Of a DNA stretch of 64,000 nt, positions 1 through 9,450 are shown in pieces (position 1 is the stretch's first letter; each line of letters opens with the position of its first letter). The notes beneath the pieces were generated by a model. The model had not been told where the DNA came from, ran no database searches, and saw nothing but the letters and a program-made list of their open reading frames with translations. Made by a program: the position numbers and the translations under genes. This DNA is from Antedon mediterranea (Eukaryota; Animalia; Echinodermata): assembly GCF_964355755.1 (NCBI RefSeq), contig NC_092679.1:8462201-8526200 (forward strand), in the 5' to 3' direction.

Positions 1-579
1 GCATCTCGTTCCTTATAATGAGCCCTTAGAATTCTTCGCAACTGTGGCAATTTTACATCAATTCTCCCTTCCAGGTAACTTCGTAGCGGCAACTCTGGAC
101 TTATTGCTTTCGTCACAGCAACCAAAATCTCTCTGGAGGTATACCCTTTTTGGACTGCATCTTCAATTTGCTTGGCGAGACTGTTAAAGGTCAGCTTTCC
201 TGCCTGTCCGGGTGCCCCAATCTGTCCACTTAGCTTCAGATCACCTCTGCCCCATGGGAAAGCACCCAAGCCCATGTTCTCTGTCGCTGGTCTCTCACCC
301 CCTGCCTCATTTACTGCCACTTCGATCTCCTCTCCTGGTGCCTCGAATCCACCAATTATTAGTTCATGCATGCCCGTCAACAGTGCTAGTCCTTTATCCT
401 CCATTGCGTCTACCTCATCGCCATCTAAAAATGTATTGATTGCCTTTAAAACAATGCGTTTCGTTTTGTTATCCATTCCTTCTAGCTTAAGATACCGTGC
501 CACTTCTTTTACTTGTTCTACAGTCAGAAGGTAAAGTGTACTACGTACCTCTCTCTCTCTCTAGAGTTTCTAATTCCAT
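1..579 (-). pseudogene. gag: Gypsy gag N-terminal part, frameshifted in a (GA)n run just after the start codon
   Basis: Minus-strand translation: MELETLERE/(shift)VRSTLYLLTVEQVKEVARYLKLEG...GDLKLSGQIGAPGQAGKLTFNSLAKQIEDAVQKGYTSREILVAVTKAISPELPLRSYLEGRIDVKLPQLRRILRAHYKERD. The KxSGQIG..GQ..KL.F.SL..QI...LRSYLE...LRRILR.HY.E block is characteristic of a metazoan Gypsy Gag lineage. The ATG frame itself stops at TAG after 12 codons. Confidence 0.85.
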
Positions 580-618
580 GTTCTTCGCTTTTCTTTTCTC
601 ATTCACTTCCTAGAGATG

Positions 619-635
619 TCCTGGCAGGATCGCCA
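619..635 (-). promoter_or_regulatory. Primer binding site, complementary to the 3' end of tRNA-Arg(ACG)
   Basis: Plus strand TCCTGGCAGGATCGCCA matches the 3' end of invertebrate tRNA-Arg(ACG) (…TCCTGGCAGGATCG + CCA, from memory). It lies 2 nt from the LTR boundary. Confidence 0.8.
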
Positions 636-637
636 GA

Positions 638-1124
638 TTTTACACAGGTTTCCAGGACATCTCAACAATAGTTCAACGATATTTTTCCAAAGTGAATTTA
701 GTATCCCCGTACACAGTATGAATCAACAAAAACAACGGATTAACAGTAAACACATCTGTTCTCTTTAATTGTAAACAATCTTATATTCTTTTAATCATCT
801 ACAGGATAATCATCAGTTCCTTGTTAATGGTTAACCACGGTTTAATTCTAAATAACTGTTCTTTTTAATTTAACTTTAAACATCTTACGAAAACAACAAA
901 ACCAAACAGCAATCCCTTAACAAAAAACAGGCCAGCAACCCAATAACACATGTCTCCCTGAACTCTCCCAATTGACCTCTCTCAATTTTTTGTTATAGAG
1001 GGCCTAATTTTCTAACTCTAGAGGGCCTGGTTTTCTTGCCATGTAACACTATTTTACTCGTAACTATACTGCCTAACTGCAGGTCAGGTCTGGCGGACTA
1101 GTTAGATTGTGGGCTACCGTAACC
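638..1124 (-). repeat. 5' LTR (~487 bp) of the Gypsy element
   Basis: Adjacent to the PBS. The ends TTTTAC (638-643) and GTAACC (1119-1124) are each one mismatch from a TGTTAC...GTAACA inverted terminus. The partner LTR is not in the window, so the boundaries are inferred. Confidence 0.65.
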
Positions 1125-1191
1125 CCCCTCCCCACTGGGGATTTTATGACCCATACATTTTTGGAAACCTCACACATATAGGTTTTCAAAT

Positions 1192-1257
1192 CAGGTTGTC
1201 TGCACATTGCGCAGTGGTGCGTAAACCGATGAGGGCGCTTTTTCCAAAATGGCCGCC
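1192..1257 (+). repeat. Left terminal inverted repeat of the Academ element
   Basis: Reverse complement of 7661-7725; perfect over 1192-1223, then GAGGGCGC...CAAAATGGCYGCC is shared. Confidence 0.9.
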
Positions 1258-1630
1258 AAATTTAATAAAATATTATATATATTGATAAAACAGTAATTTA
1301 TATGCTAAAATTAACTTGTTTTTTAATTGTTCTGTATTGAAATAATGTGTGGTCAGGTCATGGTATATGTTTGTATTCCGAAAAGTCAATATAGAGGGCG
1401 CATTTCAAAATGGCCGTCGAAAATTATAAAACTTAACAAAATTGAAGTAATTACTAGAAATGATTATATAAACAATCAGAAAAATGTCAGAATGTCATTT
1501 TACCATTCAATAATTTAACTGGTACTGACATTATTTGATTAAACTAATAAAATAATATTATTATTATTATTAACATAATACAAAAACTTCTATCAAACAA
1601 ATTAGTTGATGCATGACATTCAACTTTAAA

Positions 1631-1764
1631 CCAATCAGAACACAGATAGCAGTGTAGTAGTCTAGTTGATCAGTTGTATGAAACCAGTCTAGTCTATATA
1701 ACATTGAGCTAAATTATCGAAGAAAATTGTGCTTTTTCAACAACAAAGTTAATTCATAGTAAGT
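1631..1764 (+). promoter_or_regulatory. Putative transposase core promoter and first (non-coding) exon
   Basis: CCAAT at 1631-1635, TATATAA at 1695-1701 and consensus donor GTAAGT at 1759-1764. A matching pyrimidine-rich acceptor TTTCTCATAG ends at 2348, 12 nt before ATG 2361. Confidence 0.4.
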
Positions 1765-1813
1765 ATTACAAGCAATTTGCTCTCCTAGTACAGTACATGG
1801 TGCAAAATGTGGA

Positions 1814-1887
1814 CTAGCCTAGGCCTAGGGCTAGGCTGGGTACTAGCCTAGGCCTAGGCTGGGTACTAGCCTAGGCCTAGGCTGGGT
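1814..1887. repeat. ~3 copies of a 23-bp unit TACTAGCCTAGGCCTAGGCTGGG, built on the palindrome AGCCTAGGCCTAGGCT
   Basis: Direct inspection; lies inside the putative 5'-UTR intron. Confidence 0.8.
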
Positions 1888-2360
1888 CCAGGAGGAGAGC
1901 AATTAGTTGCTCTCCTCGAAGCAAGTTTAGGAGAGCGGAGGAGAGCTGACTGACAATCTTTATATTATTTTTTACTATAGGCCTATGATACTAATTTACT
2001 ATAGGTTTAATACTGTTTACGTGACAAAAAAATAAATCATTTAATTATATAGGAGGAATGTTTAGCCCTACGGTAATGGGTGGTGCCATGTGATTAAATA
2101 GCGTTGCTTACATCGGTACGCTATGCGCGCAATGAGATACACGCACTGCCGTAGGCTACCGAAAGAAATAGCATGCAGACTGATTGTATCAGGCATTTTC
2201 CTTACTACTTTACTGCTTATGAAACGAAGTAAAGCTAGGCATACAAGTAATGTAGTAGACTATACAATGATATTCAGAATAATATAATATTATTGTATGC
2301 TATGTTTGGAGAAATATTTGTAACTTTTATTTTGTGTGTTTCTCATAGTGAGTTTCCACA

Positions 2361-5300
2361 ATGGCTGACAAGAAAAACACAGATGAAAAACCTGTAAAAC
2401 TGAAAACTACAAAAAAAGAAAAAAGGCATAAAGAAACAACCCAAGGTTTGAAGTGCATAATACACTATCATCGTAATACAGCTGAAAGCAAAACAAGACC
2501 ACTATCTATTGACAGTTTAAAGAAAATTCAGGCTAGTGCGAAAGTTAGACAGTCACAGGACAATGCAAGTGACAGACTAGATGACATCTGCTTACAAATA
2601 CCAGAGTTACACTCCCCACATATCCATGGTGTCCATCGGTGGTGCTACAGCAATTTTACAAACATATCCCGGCTATTAAAAAGAAACATCCATCACAAGA
2701 CGACGATGAAGACTCCCGCTCCAAAAAGCGCAGATCATCACAAGTACCACCAAGTAACATACTATTCCCAGCAGATAAATGCCTCATTTGTGAAAAGGGT
2801 CGAACAAGAAAACAAGGAAAGCAGGAAAATCTTGTGAAATGTGTCACAAAAGATGCAGAATTGTCAATTAAAAGAGCTGCAGAGCGACGGCAAAATGAAG
2901 AAATTCTTCTAAATTGCCAGAGAAGCCCAATACCACCCTTCATGTCGGAAGGACTTTACTCGCATTGTCAAGAATCGCCATAATAAAAAGGAAGATGAAC
3001 ATACCATTGCAGAACAATATGCCCATAGAGAAGCCTTTTCATTCTTAGTGATTCATGTAAAAGAAACCATAATTGAGGGGTACAATGTTGAAAGAATGTC
3101 GATGCTTAAAGAAAGGTACCTTCAGTTCTTGTTTGAAAATCACAATGAATTTTACAACGCAAATTACAAAACATATAAACTAAAGTCTAAACTAATTACT
3201 CATTTTGGTAGCCAACTACAGTTTTGGCAACCAAACCACAGAGGTGAGCTTGTTTATTCATCTGGGGTACCAAAAGGCGCAGCGATTGAATTGGCTTTTG
3301 AAGTTGCTGCCTCCGAATCCAAGCTATTAGAGGAAGCAGCAATTATATTGCGTAGGTGCGTGCAAAATGATCACAAACAATCTGCTGAAATGCCATGGCC
3401 GCCATCGGCACAATTTCTGAAGAGCAATACTGTTAAGCCCCCTTCTAGTCTCTCCACGTTTGTTTGTCAACTTATAAGTTGGAGGCCAGAAGCAGCCTCG
3501 TCTAAAAAGAAGAGACTTGTATCGTCAATTGCCCAAGATATTTGTTATGCTATTACAGGAGGACAATGGGCAATGCCAAAGCATTTGCTTCTAGGAATGA
3601 CACTACGGCACCACACTGGCAGCGCAGAAATCATTACATTAATGAATCGCTTTGGACATTGCGTCTCATATTCTAGACTGCTTGAACTTGAAACCGCTAT
3701 GTGTAAGAGCATCGATGCCAGGGATAGTATTCTCCCATCAACCATTCACCCCGAAACAAACATTGTCACACACCTGTGCTGGGACAATTTTGATTTACAG
3801 GAAGAAACATCTTCTGGCGCTGGAACAACACATACAACCCATGGAATTATTATTCAAGAGGTTTCAAGTGTGTCCAGTGATTGTGCAATCTCATCTGACA
3901 TTCCAAGAACAAAAGATCGGTCAGTTAATTACAAACCACAAGAAATTGAACCTTGCTATACTAAAGGTAAAGCAGAGCCCAAGTTAACAATATCAACGAC
4001 AACGGTATCAAACCATCAAGCCCAGGAAACAGCTAACAAATCTGATATGTTGTGGGTATTCACCAGAGCCCTATTAAGAACTGATGCTCCACAAAACGTA
4101 CCAACATGGACAGGTTGGGTGTCCCTGACGGGAAGCAACCCAGGAAATACCAACCAACAATCTACTGTTGATTACATTCGTCCTGTGTTTGCACCAGTCA
4201 CCGATAATGCCACAGTACAACATATTATAAAGCTTTCACAAGATGCATCAAGGGAAGTAGGTCAACAATACACAATTGTTACATTTGATTTAGCTGTTGC
4301 TAAAAAGGCATTTACACTTGTATGGGAGAAACCTCAAGTTTTCAGCAACGTCATAGTCAGAATGGGTGGATTTCACTTGATATGTGCATACATGTGCGCA
4401 CTCGGTAAGAGTATTAGGGGCAGTGGATTTGAGGAGATTCTCGTTGAGTCTGGAATTTGTGCAAGTGGCTCAATTGAAAGAGTAATGTCAGGAAAACAGT
4501 ACAACCGGGCATTACGAGTGCATAAGCTGGTGTTAGAGGCATTGGAGCGCCTACTTCTAGAAGCATTTGAGTCATCACATGACGATTCCTTTGGCGATGA
4601 TTTAAAAGAGATGCTCAATCGCCTTGCTGAAAATCCAAGTGACGAAAATGTTTCTGAAGCACTGGAGTCCGAAAGTTGCTTAGAACTGCTATCTCTTGTA
4701 ACTCAGTTCAAGGAAAAGATTCGTCAAGGAGAACTTGGTAAAACTGCACAGTTCTGGCTTAACTATATGGATCGAGTTTGGCTTATCCTTCAATTTCAAA
4801 GAGCAACTAAGGAAAACAATTTTGATTTGCATTTAGCTAGCCTACAAAGAATGTGTAGTCTGTTTTTTAGCTACGACCACCAAAACTATGCTAGATATAC
4901 AACGGTGTATTTCCTGTCTCTCCTAAACATATCAGAGACACATCCCGGAGCAGAGGAGCTCTTGCGACACAATGGTTTCAGCGTTAAACGATCACAAATT
5001 CCGATGTCGAGAAATGCTGTTGACATCACAATTGAACAAACTATCAACCGTCACGCAAAGTGCCATGGTGGAATCATAGGATTCAGCAGGAACTATTCGG
5101 CATATCATAGGTGGTGCACGACAAGACACAGTAGGGCTAGTTACCAGCAAGCCACAATGGAAATGGCAGACATGGATAACATGGAATCGACTTCACACAA
5201 GGGCTTGAAGTCCTCACACATCATCAACAGTGAACAAGATACTTGCAAGGTTCTAGCAGCATTTCATAACTTTGTAAATCCTTTTGTTGTTGAAAACAAG

Positions 5301-6995
5301 AACGTCCTCTACTGTCTGTCATCAGGTGCACCTGTATCAGATGAGATCGAACATGATCTCCTCCAGGCTGATAATATTGGAAAACAGGCTTACGACAAAT
5401 TTGTTACGCAACGACTTGTTGAAGGCACAGTAAGTTTTCATCATCCAATCAAGAAGTGTAAACTAAAGACATTTGTACAACTTGCCAAATCCCGTAAGAT
5501 CTCGGGACAGTCAAAGAAAACCAAAGAAGTAAAAGCTGAAAGAAATGTATTTGGTCAGCTTGTACTTTTAGCAATGAAGCATGACATTAGTATGGAAAGG
5601 GTGCTTAGTTTCTCATTGGGCCCTGTTCCATGGGCACTTGCAACGGCTGATGGTGTTCCAGTGAAGACAGACAAGGCAAAGCTCATGCATGCATTGGTAG
5701 GCGAATCAAACACAATAGAAAGGCCGGCTGGAGAAACCACATATATTGTTGACGGAATGGCTCTGCTGCAAGCACAGATGGCTTTGCCTGATACATTTGG
5801 AGACCTGGCAGAGAGTATATTTGGACAGCTGCCTAAGGTAAAACGTGTGGACTTTGTAACTGATACCTACCTCCCACTATCAATCAAAGGAATTGAAAGG
5901 GCTAGAAGAGGTTCTTCTAAATCCCATATAATTAAAGGAGTCAAGACTAAAGTGCCACGAGACTGGAAATCGTTTCTGTCAAGCGATGACAATAAGATGA
6001 CACTAACCGAATTTCTACTAAGTGAATGGAAAAAGAATAAATATGCACCAAATCTTCATGGAAGAGAAGTTGTATTTGGCTATACGAATAAATGCATAAG
6101 TCTGAAGAGCAATGATGGCCGAGAAACTATGTCTGAGGAACTTACAGAGTTATCGTCAACACAGGAAGAGGCTGATACGAAGTTTATTCTCCACTGTCTG
6201 CAAATTGCCAGAAATTCATCATCCAATTCTACCATAATCATTCGATCTCCAGATACAGATGTCTTCATTCTTCTGCTTCATCACACCCAGGAACTGACTC
6301 AAACAATACTATTTGATACAGGTGTTGGCAATAAAAGACGTCTTGTAGATGTGCATAAAGTCATAAGTGATGTGGGAAATGATGTGTGTCATGCCCTTCC
6401 CGCATTACATGCATTCAGTGGTTGTGACACAACCAGTGCATTTGTTCGTAAGGGGAAACTACTACCTTTGAAGATCCTCAAACAGCACCAGGAATTTCTT
6501 GGTGCTTTTCTGACTCTTGGCCGATCATTGGAAATTGCAGATGAAACTCATGAAAGCTTGGAGCATTTTGTGTGCCGTCTTTACAACACTAAATCTACTG
6601 TAACTGACATTAACACTTTGCGACATGATAAATTTCTGGAAAGATTTAGTGTCAAGCCAGGTGCAATACTTTCGACCTATGATGGCATGGATATGAGCCT
6701 CCTTCCACCTTGCCGAGATGCTCTAAAAATGCATGTTAAAAGATCTAATTATCAAGCGTTTATTTGGTACCAAGCACACCAAGCCGTACCAAATATCCCT
6801 CAACCAGACGGGCATGGCTGGTGTATTCAAAATGAAAAGTTGGACTTGAAGTGGACGGAAGGTGATATGATGCCACATGAGCTGATTGACGTATTGGTAG
6901 AGGAACAGGAGGAGGAGGATGAGGAGGAGGATGATGATGAGCAAACTGAATTTAACAACTTGATGGACATTTTTTTTGACACGGAAGAAGACTAG
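2361..6995 (+). pseudogene. Reconstructed full-length Academ transposase gene (~1,540 aa) with two N-terminal frameshifts (~2684 and ~2911)
   Basis: ORF 2361 (…HGVHRWCYSNFTNISRLLKR) joins by a -1 shift to the ORF 2639 frame (KHPSQDDDED…KCLICEK…EEILL). That joins the frame open from 2913 (IAREAQYHPSCRKDFTR…AFSFLVIHVKETII), which is continuous with ORF 3048-6995. Confidence 0.8.
3048..6995 (+). CDS. Academ transposase: DDE core + XPG/FEN1-like (PIN fold, H3TH) nuclease + acidic tail; frame is open from 2913
   Basis: Candidate catalytic triad: WDNFD (D at 3783), VTFDL (D at 4287), DITIEQTINR (E at 5034), plus RMGGFHL and DHQNYARY. Flap-nuclease acidic motifs: IVDGMALL (5751), DFVTDTY, EEADT (6165-6179), SPDTDV (6252), AFSGCDTTSAF (6411-6443). 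Confidence 0.9.
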   Translation: MIHVKETIIEGYNVERMSMLKERYLQFLFENHNEFYNANYKTYKLKSKLITHFGSQLQFWQPNHRGELVYSSGVPKGAAIELAFEVAASESKLLEEAAIILRRCVQNDHKQSAEMPWPPSAQFLKSNTVKPPSSLSTFVCQLISWRPEAASSKKKRLVSSIAQDICYAITGGQWAMPKHLLLGMTLRHHTGSAEIITLMNRFGHCVSYSRLLELETAMCKSIDARDSILPSTIHPETNIVTHLCWDNFDLQEETSSGAGTTHTTHGIIIQEVSSVSSDCAISSDIPRTKDRSVNYKPQEIEPCYTKGKAEPKLTISTTTVSNHQAQETANKSDMLWVFTRALLRTDAPQNVPTWTGWVSLTGSNPGNTNQQSTVDYIRPVFAPVTDNATVQHIIKLSQDASREVGQQYTIVTFDLAVAKKAFTLVWEKPQVFSNVIVRMGGFHLICAYMCALGKSIRGSGFEEILVESGICASGSIERVMSGKQYNRALRVHKLVLEALERLLLEAFESSHDDSFGDDLKEMLNRLAENPSDENVSEALESESCLELLSLVTQFKEKIRQGELGKTAQFWLNYMDRVWLILQFQRATKENNFDLHLASLQRMCSLFFSYDHQNYARYTTVYFLSLLNISETHPGAEELLRHNGFSVKRSQIPMSRNAVDITIEQTINRHAKCHGGIIGFSRNYSAYHRWCTTRHSRASYQQATMEMADMDNMESTSHKGLKSSHIINSEQDTCKVLAAFHNFVNPFVVENKNVLYCLSSGAPVSDEIEHDLLQADNIGKQAYDKFVTQRLVEGTVSFHHPIKKCKLKTFVQLAKSRKISGQSKKTKEVKAERNVFGQLVLLAMKHDISMERVLSFSLGPVPWALATADGVPVKTDKAKLMHALVGESNTIERPAGETTYIVDGMALLQAQMALPDTFGDLAESIFGQLPKVKRVDFVTDTYLPLSIKGIERARRGSSKSHIIKGVKTKVPRDWKSFLSSDDNKMTLTEFLLSEWKKNKYAPNLHGREVVFGYTNKCISLKSNDGRETMSEELTELSSTQEEADTKFILHCLQIARNSSSNSTIIIRSPDTDVFILLLHHTQELTQTILFDTGVGNKRRLVDVHKVISDVGNDVCHALPALHAFSGCDTTSAFVRKGKLLPLKILKQHQEFLGAFLTLGRSLEIADETHESLEHFVCRLYNTKSTVTDINTLRHDKFLERFSVKPGAILSTYDGMDMSLLPPCRDALKMHVKRSNYQAFIWYQAHQAVPNIPQPDGHGWCIQNEKLDLKWTEGDMMPHELIDVLVEEQEEEDEEEDDDEQTEFNNLMDIFFDTEED

Positions 6996-7031
6996 ATAAT
7001 CTTGTTATTGAAACTTTTATTGTAAATAGTA

Positions 7032-7626
7032 AGAAATGGCATTTCCAGTTACTTTTCCATACAACATTCTACTAGAGCAACTATAAAACCACATATTCTG
7101 AAAAATTTGCAACAATTTCCAAATGTATACTACCAGTAGTTAGAGAGATATGACAAAACCAGGTCAAAAGTCATAAAGGTCATAAATGTCACTTCCGGTA
7201 AATTTTTGACAAAATGTTTCATTAGAGCAAATAGAAATATGCATATTGTAAACAATTTGAGATCATTTACAAGTGTCTATCATGTAAAGTCAATGTTATG
7301 TCTTTAAAATATAGAAAAAAAAACAATAGTGCACTTTTATTAGAATTGTTGGCAGCCATTTTGACAAAACGGTCAGAAATGGCATTCCCAGTCCCCTTTA
7401 CATAAAACTCTCCATTAGAGCAAGTATAAAACAACATGTTCCAAACAATTTGCGACAAATTCCAAATGTGTACTACCAGTAGTTATAGAGATATGACAAA
7501 ACCGGGTCAAAGGTCAGAGTGACAAAAATGTCATTTCCGGTCAAATTTTTACAAAACTTTTCATTAGAGCAAATAGAAATGTGCTAACTGTAAACAATTT
7601 GAGACCATTTATAAGTCTCTACCATG
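7032..7626 (+). repeat. Diverged ~250-bp direct repeat pair (7032-7284 and 7375-7626, offset ~343 bp) in the right subterminal region of the Academ element
   Basis: Shared blocks AGAAATGGCATTYCCAGT…TTCCAAATGTRTACTACCAGTAGTTAKAGAGATATGACAAA…TTTCATTAGAGCAAATAGAAAT…TGTAAACAATTTGAGA. Confidence 0.9.
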
Positions 7627-7660
7627 AGTGGTTGCCAAGATAGAGCCACCTGAGCCTATG

Positions 7661-7725
7661 GGCAGCCATTTTGAAAACGCGCCCTCACGGGAATACGCAC
7701 CACTGCGCAATGTGCAGACAACCTG
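7661..7725 (-). repeat. Right terminal inverted repeat of the Academ element
   Basis: Reverse complement of 1192-1257. Confidence 0.9.
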
Positions 7726-8199
7726 ATTTTAGTTCGTATATGGGTAGGGTTAAAAAAAATAATAATAATTGTTAAAAGCAAAATTCCAGCTGATTTAGTG
7801 TCTTTAGGATGTAAAGTAATGAAAAAAATATGTTGCCATTTTTTTAAAAAAGCTTAAGGGTGTCAAATCCAAGATGGCCGCCAATACGTAAAATATCCAA
7901 TAAATGTACCATATTGGACAAAGTAACACCCATTATGAATAATATTTTAAGTTCATATGGGTTCTCTGCTATATAAGAATTATTATAAACCTATATTCAT
8001 TAGTATTCTGACATTTTGAATTTCAAAATGGCCGCCATTTTTTAAAAATGGATTAAATTTCTTATTAAAACATGTGCAAGTTATGACGTTGATTGAAGTC
8101 ACATAAAATCAAATAAAACAACATTTTTTGTTTAAATGGGTTAAATTTCTTATTAAAACTTGTATAAGTTAAATAAAATTAGATTGAAATATACAAAAT

Positions 8200-9450
8200 G
8201 ATATGCTTATGACAACAACATGGTGATTAACACAAAATGTTGACCATCAGGAGGTCTATAGTACTGACTGTACACTTCTTCATATTAAAACATCTCATAA
8301 ACTTCTTCAGTTAAATGACAACTAACTCTGCCAAAGTCCTTCAATGAAATATTTCTAATCTTGAATGCGATACAGTAAGTTGACCTTCCTTCGTTCTCTA
8401 CTACTGTATCCATCAAACTTCCACAGACTGATCTGCGTTCCCAACAACCTTGTTCAGAAACAAATTGGCAAAATAACTGAAAGACCTCATTTCACCGGCA
8501 AATAATCTCTATAGGAGTCTTCTTTTACTTTGATAAGTTTGTCACCTGTATTCACCGTCATATATATTTTTTTGCCAATATTCGTCTTTTTCTTAGGATC
8601 CCATATAGACAGTTTGCCTTCTACAAGACTTTTACCAATGCCTCAAACATTTTCTGTCCAATTTCATCATGCCATGGCCAACAAACACCTTTGTGCGAAT
8701 TGCAGCATTCTTCATTAATCGGGATATCATCTCTCTTTAAATGTTAACTAGATTTGCCAGCTCTGATGAAATCATTAATTTGTGTTATTCCAATTATACC
8801 ATGCTCAATGACCCTGATCAATTGATGTAAATCCAGCAAGTCCCACACATACATGTCCTCTCATATACATACTTAACTTAGAATCTCTTTCTCCGTCTGC
8901 ATTTGTAGAAGCAAGTTGTAGAGAGAAAGCAGAATTAGTGTGGTTTTGTCCTTTACAGATGTTTTCCATTTAAGATATTTGTGTCCCGATTTGTGTCACT
9001 GGTTGTATAGGTAATACAAGTTCAGTTTCAACAAAAGCACCTGCCTCAACACTATTCTCACAATGCTACATGTCCAAAAGCCATATAGTTCACCGGGTCG
9101 ACATACTAATTGCTTTTTGATGTCATCTCTGTCCACCTCCACTCATCTTGGGCAAGAGTCATCACCAGGCGTTCTTGTCTTTCCCTAGTACATGAGTTTT
9201 TATACCACAACCATGTGCACTCATCAACCCAGTGTATAATGCTGGTCTGTCTGTAAGGGGTACATATCTAATGAAATTGGTTGAGATTGTAGAAGATGAG
9301 AAGTAGGAGTTCATTCATTTACAAGGTTATTTATAGGCAGAGGTGTATCTGTATTTCCTTCAAGCTTCTGCCAAAAGTTGACAGGTTGAAAACTTACCAA
9401 CCATACTGGTGACTATGGCCCTGAAGGTTCAGACATTGAATTACATAGCA
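8200..9450 (-). pseudogene. Highly degraded Academ-type transposase remnant
   Basis: Minus-strand peptides in colinear order: IEHGIIGITQ (8809-8780), HDEIGQKMFE (8671-8643), LVEGKLSIWDPKKK (8627-8586), GDKLIKVKED (8546-8517). They parallel IEQTINRHAKCHGGIIGFS, DNIGKQAYD, LVEGTVSFHHPIKK and KTKEVKAE of the intact ORF. The outer limits are approximate. Confidence 0.6.

Larger units (their letters stand above)
1..1124 (-). mobile_element. Ty3/Gypsy LTR retrotransposon, 5' portion (LTR + PBS + start of gag); continues beyond the left window edge
   Basis: On the minus strand the order is LTR (1124->638), PBS TGGCGATCCTGCCAGGA (635->619), then a gag-like frame starting at ATG 579. Confidence 0.88.
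1192..7725 (+). mobile_element. Academ-superfamily (AcademX-type) DNA transposon, near full length, 6,534 bp
   Basis: Perfect 32-bp TIRs CAGGTTGTCTGCACATTGCGCAGTGGTGCGTA (1192-1223 / 7694-7725), extending imperfectly to ~65 bp. They enclose one long transposase + XPG-nuclease gene. Flanks AAT/ATT fit a 3-bp TSD with one mismatch. Confidence 0.85.

Noticed and set aside
172-534. Plus-strand ORFs 172-534 and 212-439
   Set aside because: Antisense shadows of the minus-strand gag frame.
619-635. tRNA gene
   Set aside because: Only 17 nt match a tRNA 3' end, including CCA, with no cloverleaf; this is a retroelement PBS.
5740-6480. Host FEN1/XPG/EXO1 repair gene
   Set aside because: The nuclease motifs are fused in-frame to a transposase-like core, intronless, and bounded by TIRs.
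2656-6944. Small antisense or alternate-frame ORFs inside the transposase gene
   Set aside because: No recognisable motifs; expected shadows of a long coding sequence.
1188-7729. Alternative element boundaries including AAAT/ATTT (36-bp inverted repeat)
   Set aside because: These give no direct-repeat flanks and a non-YR terminus. CAG…CTG ends with a near-match 3-bp TSD are preferred, but this is unproven without other copies.
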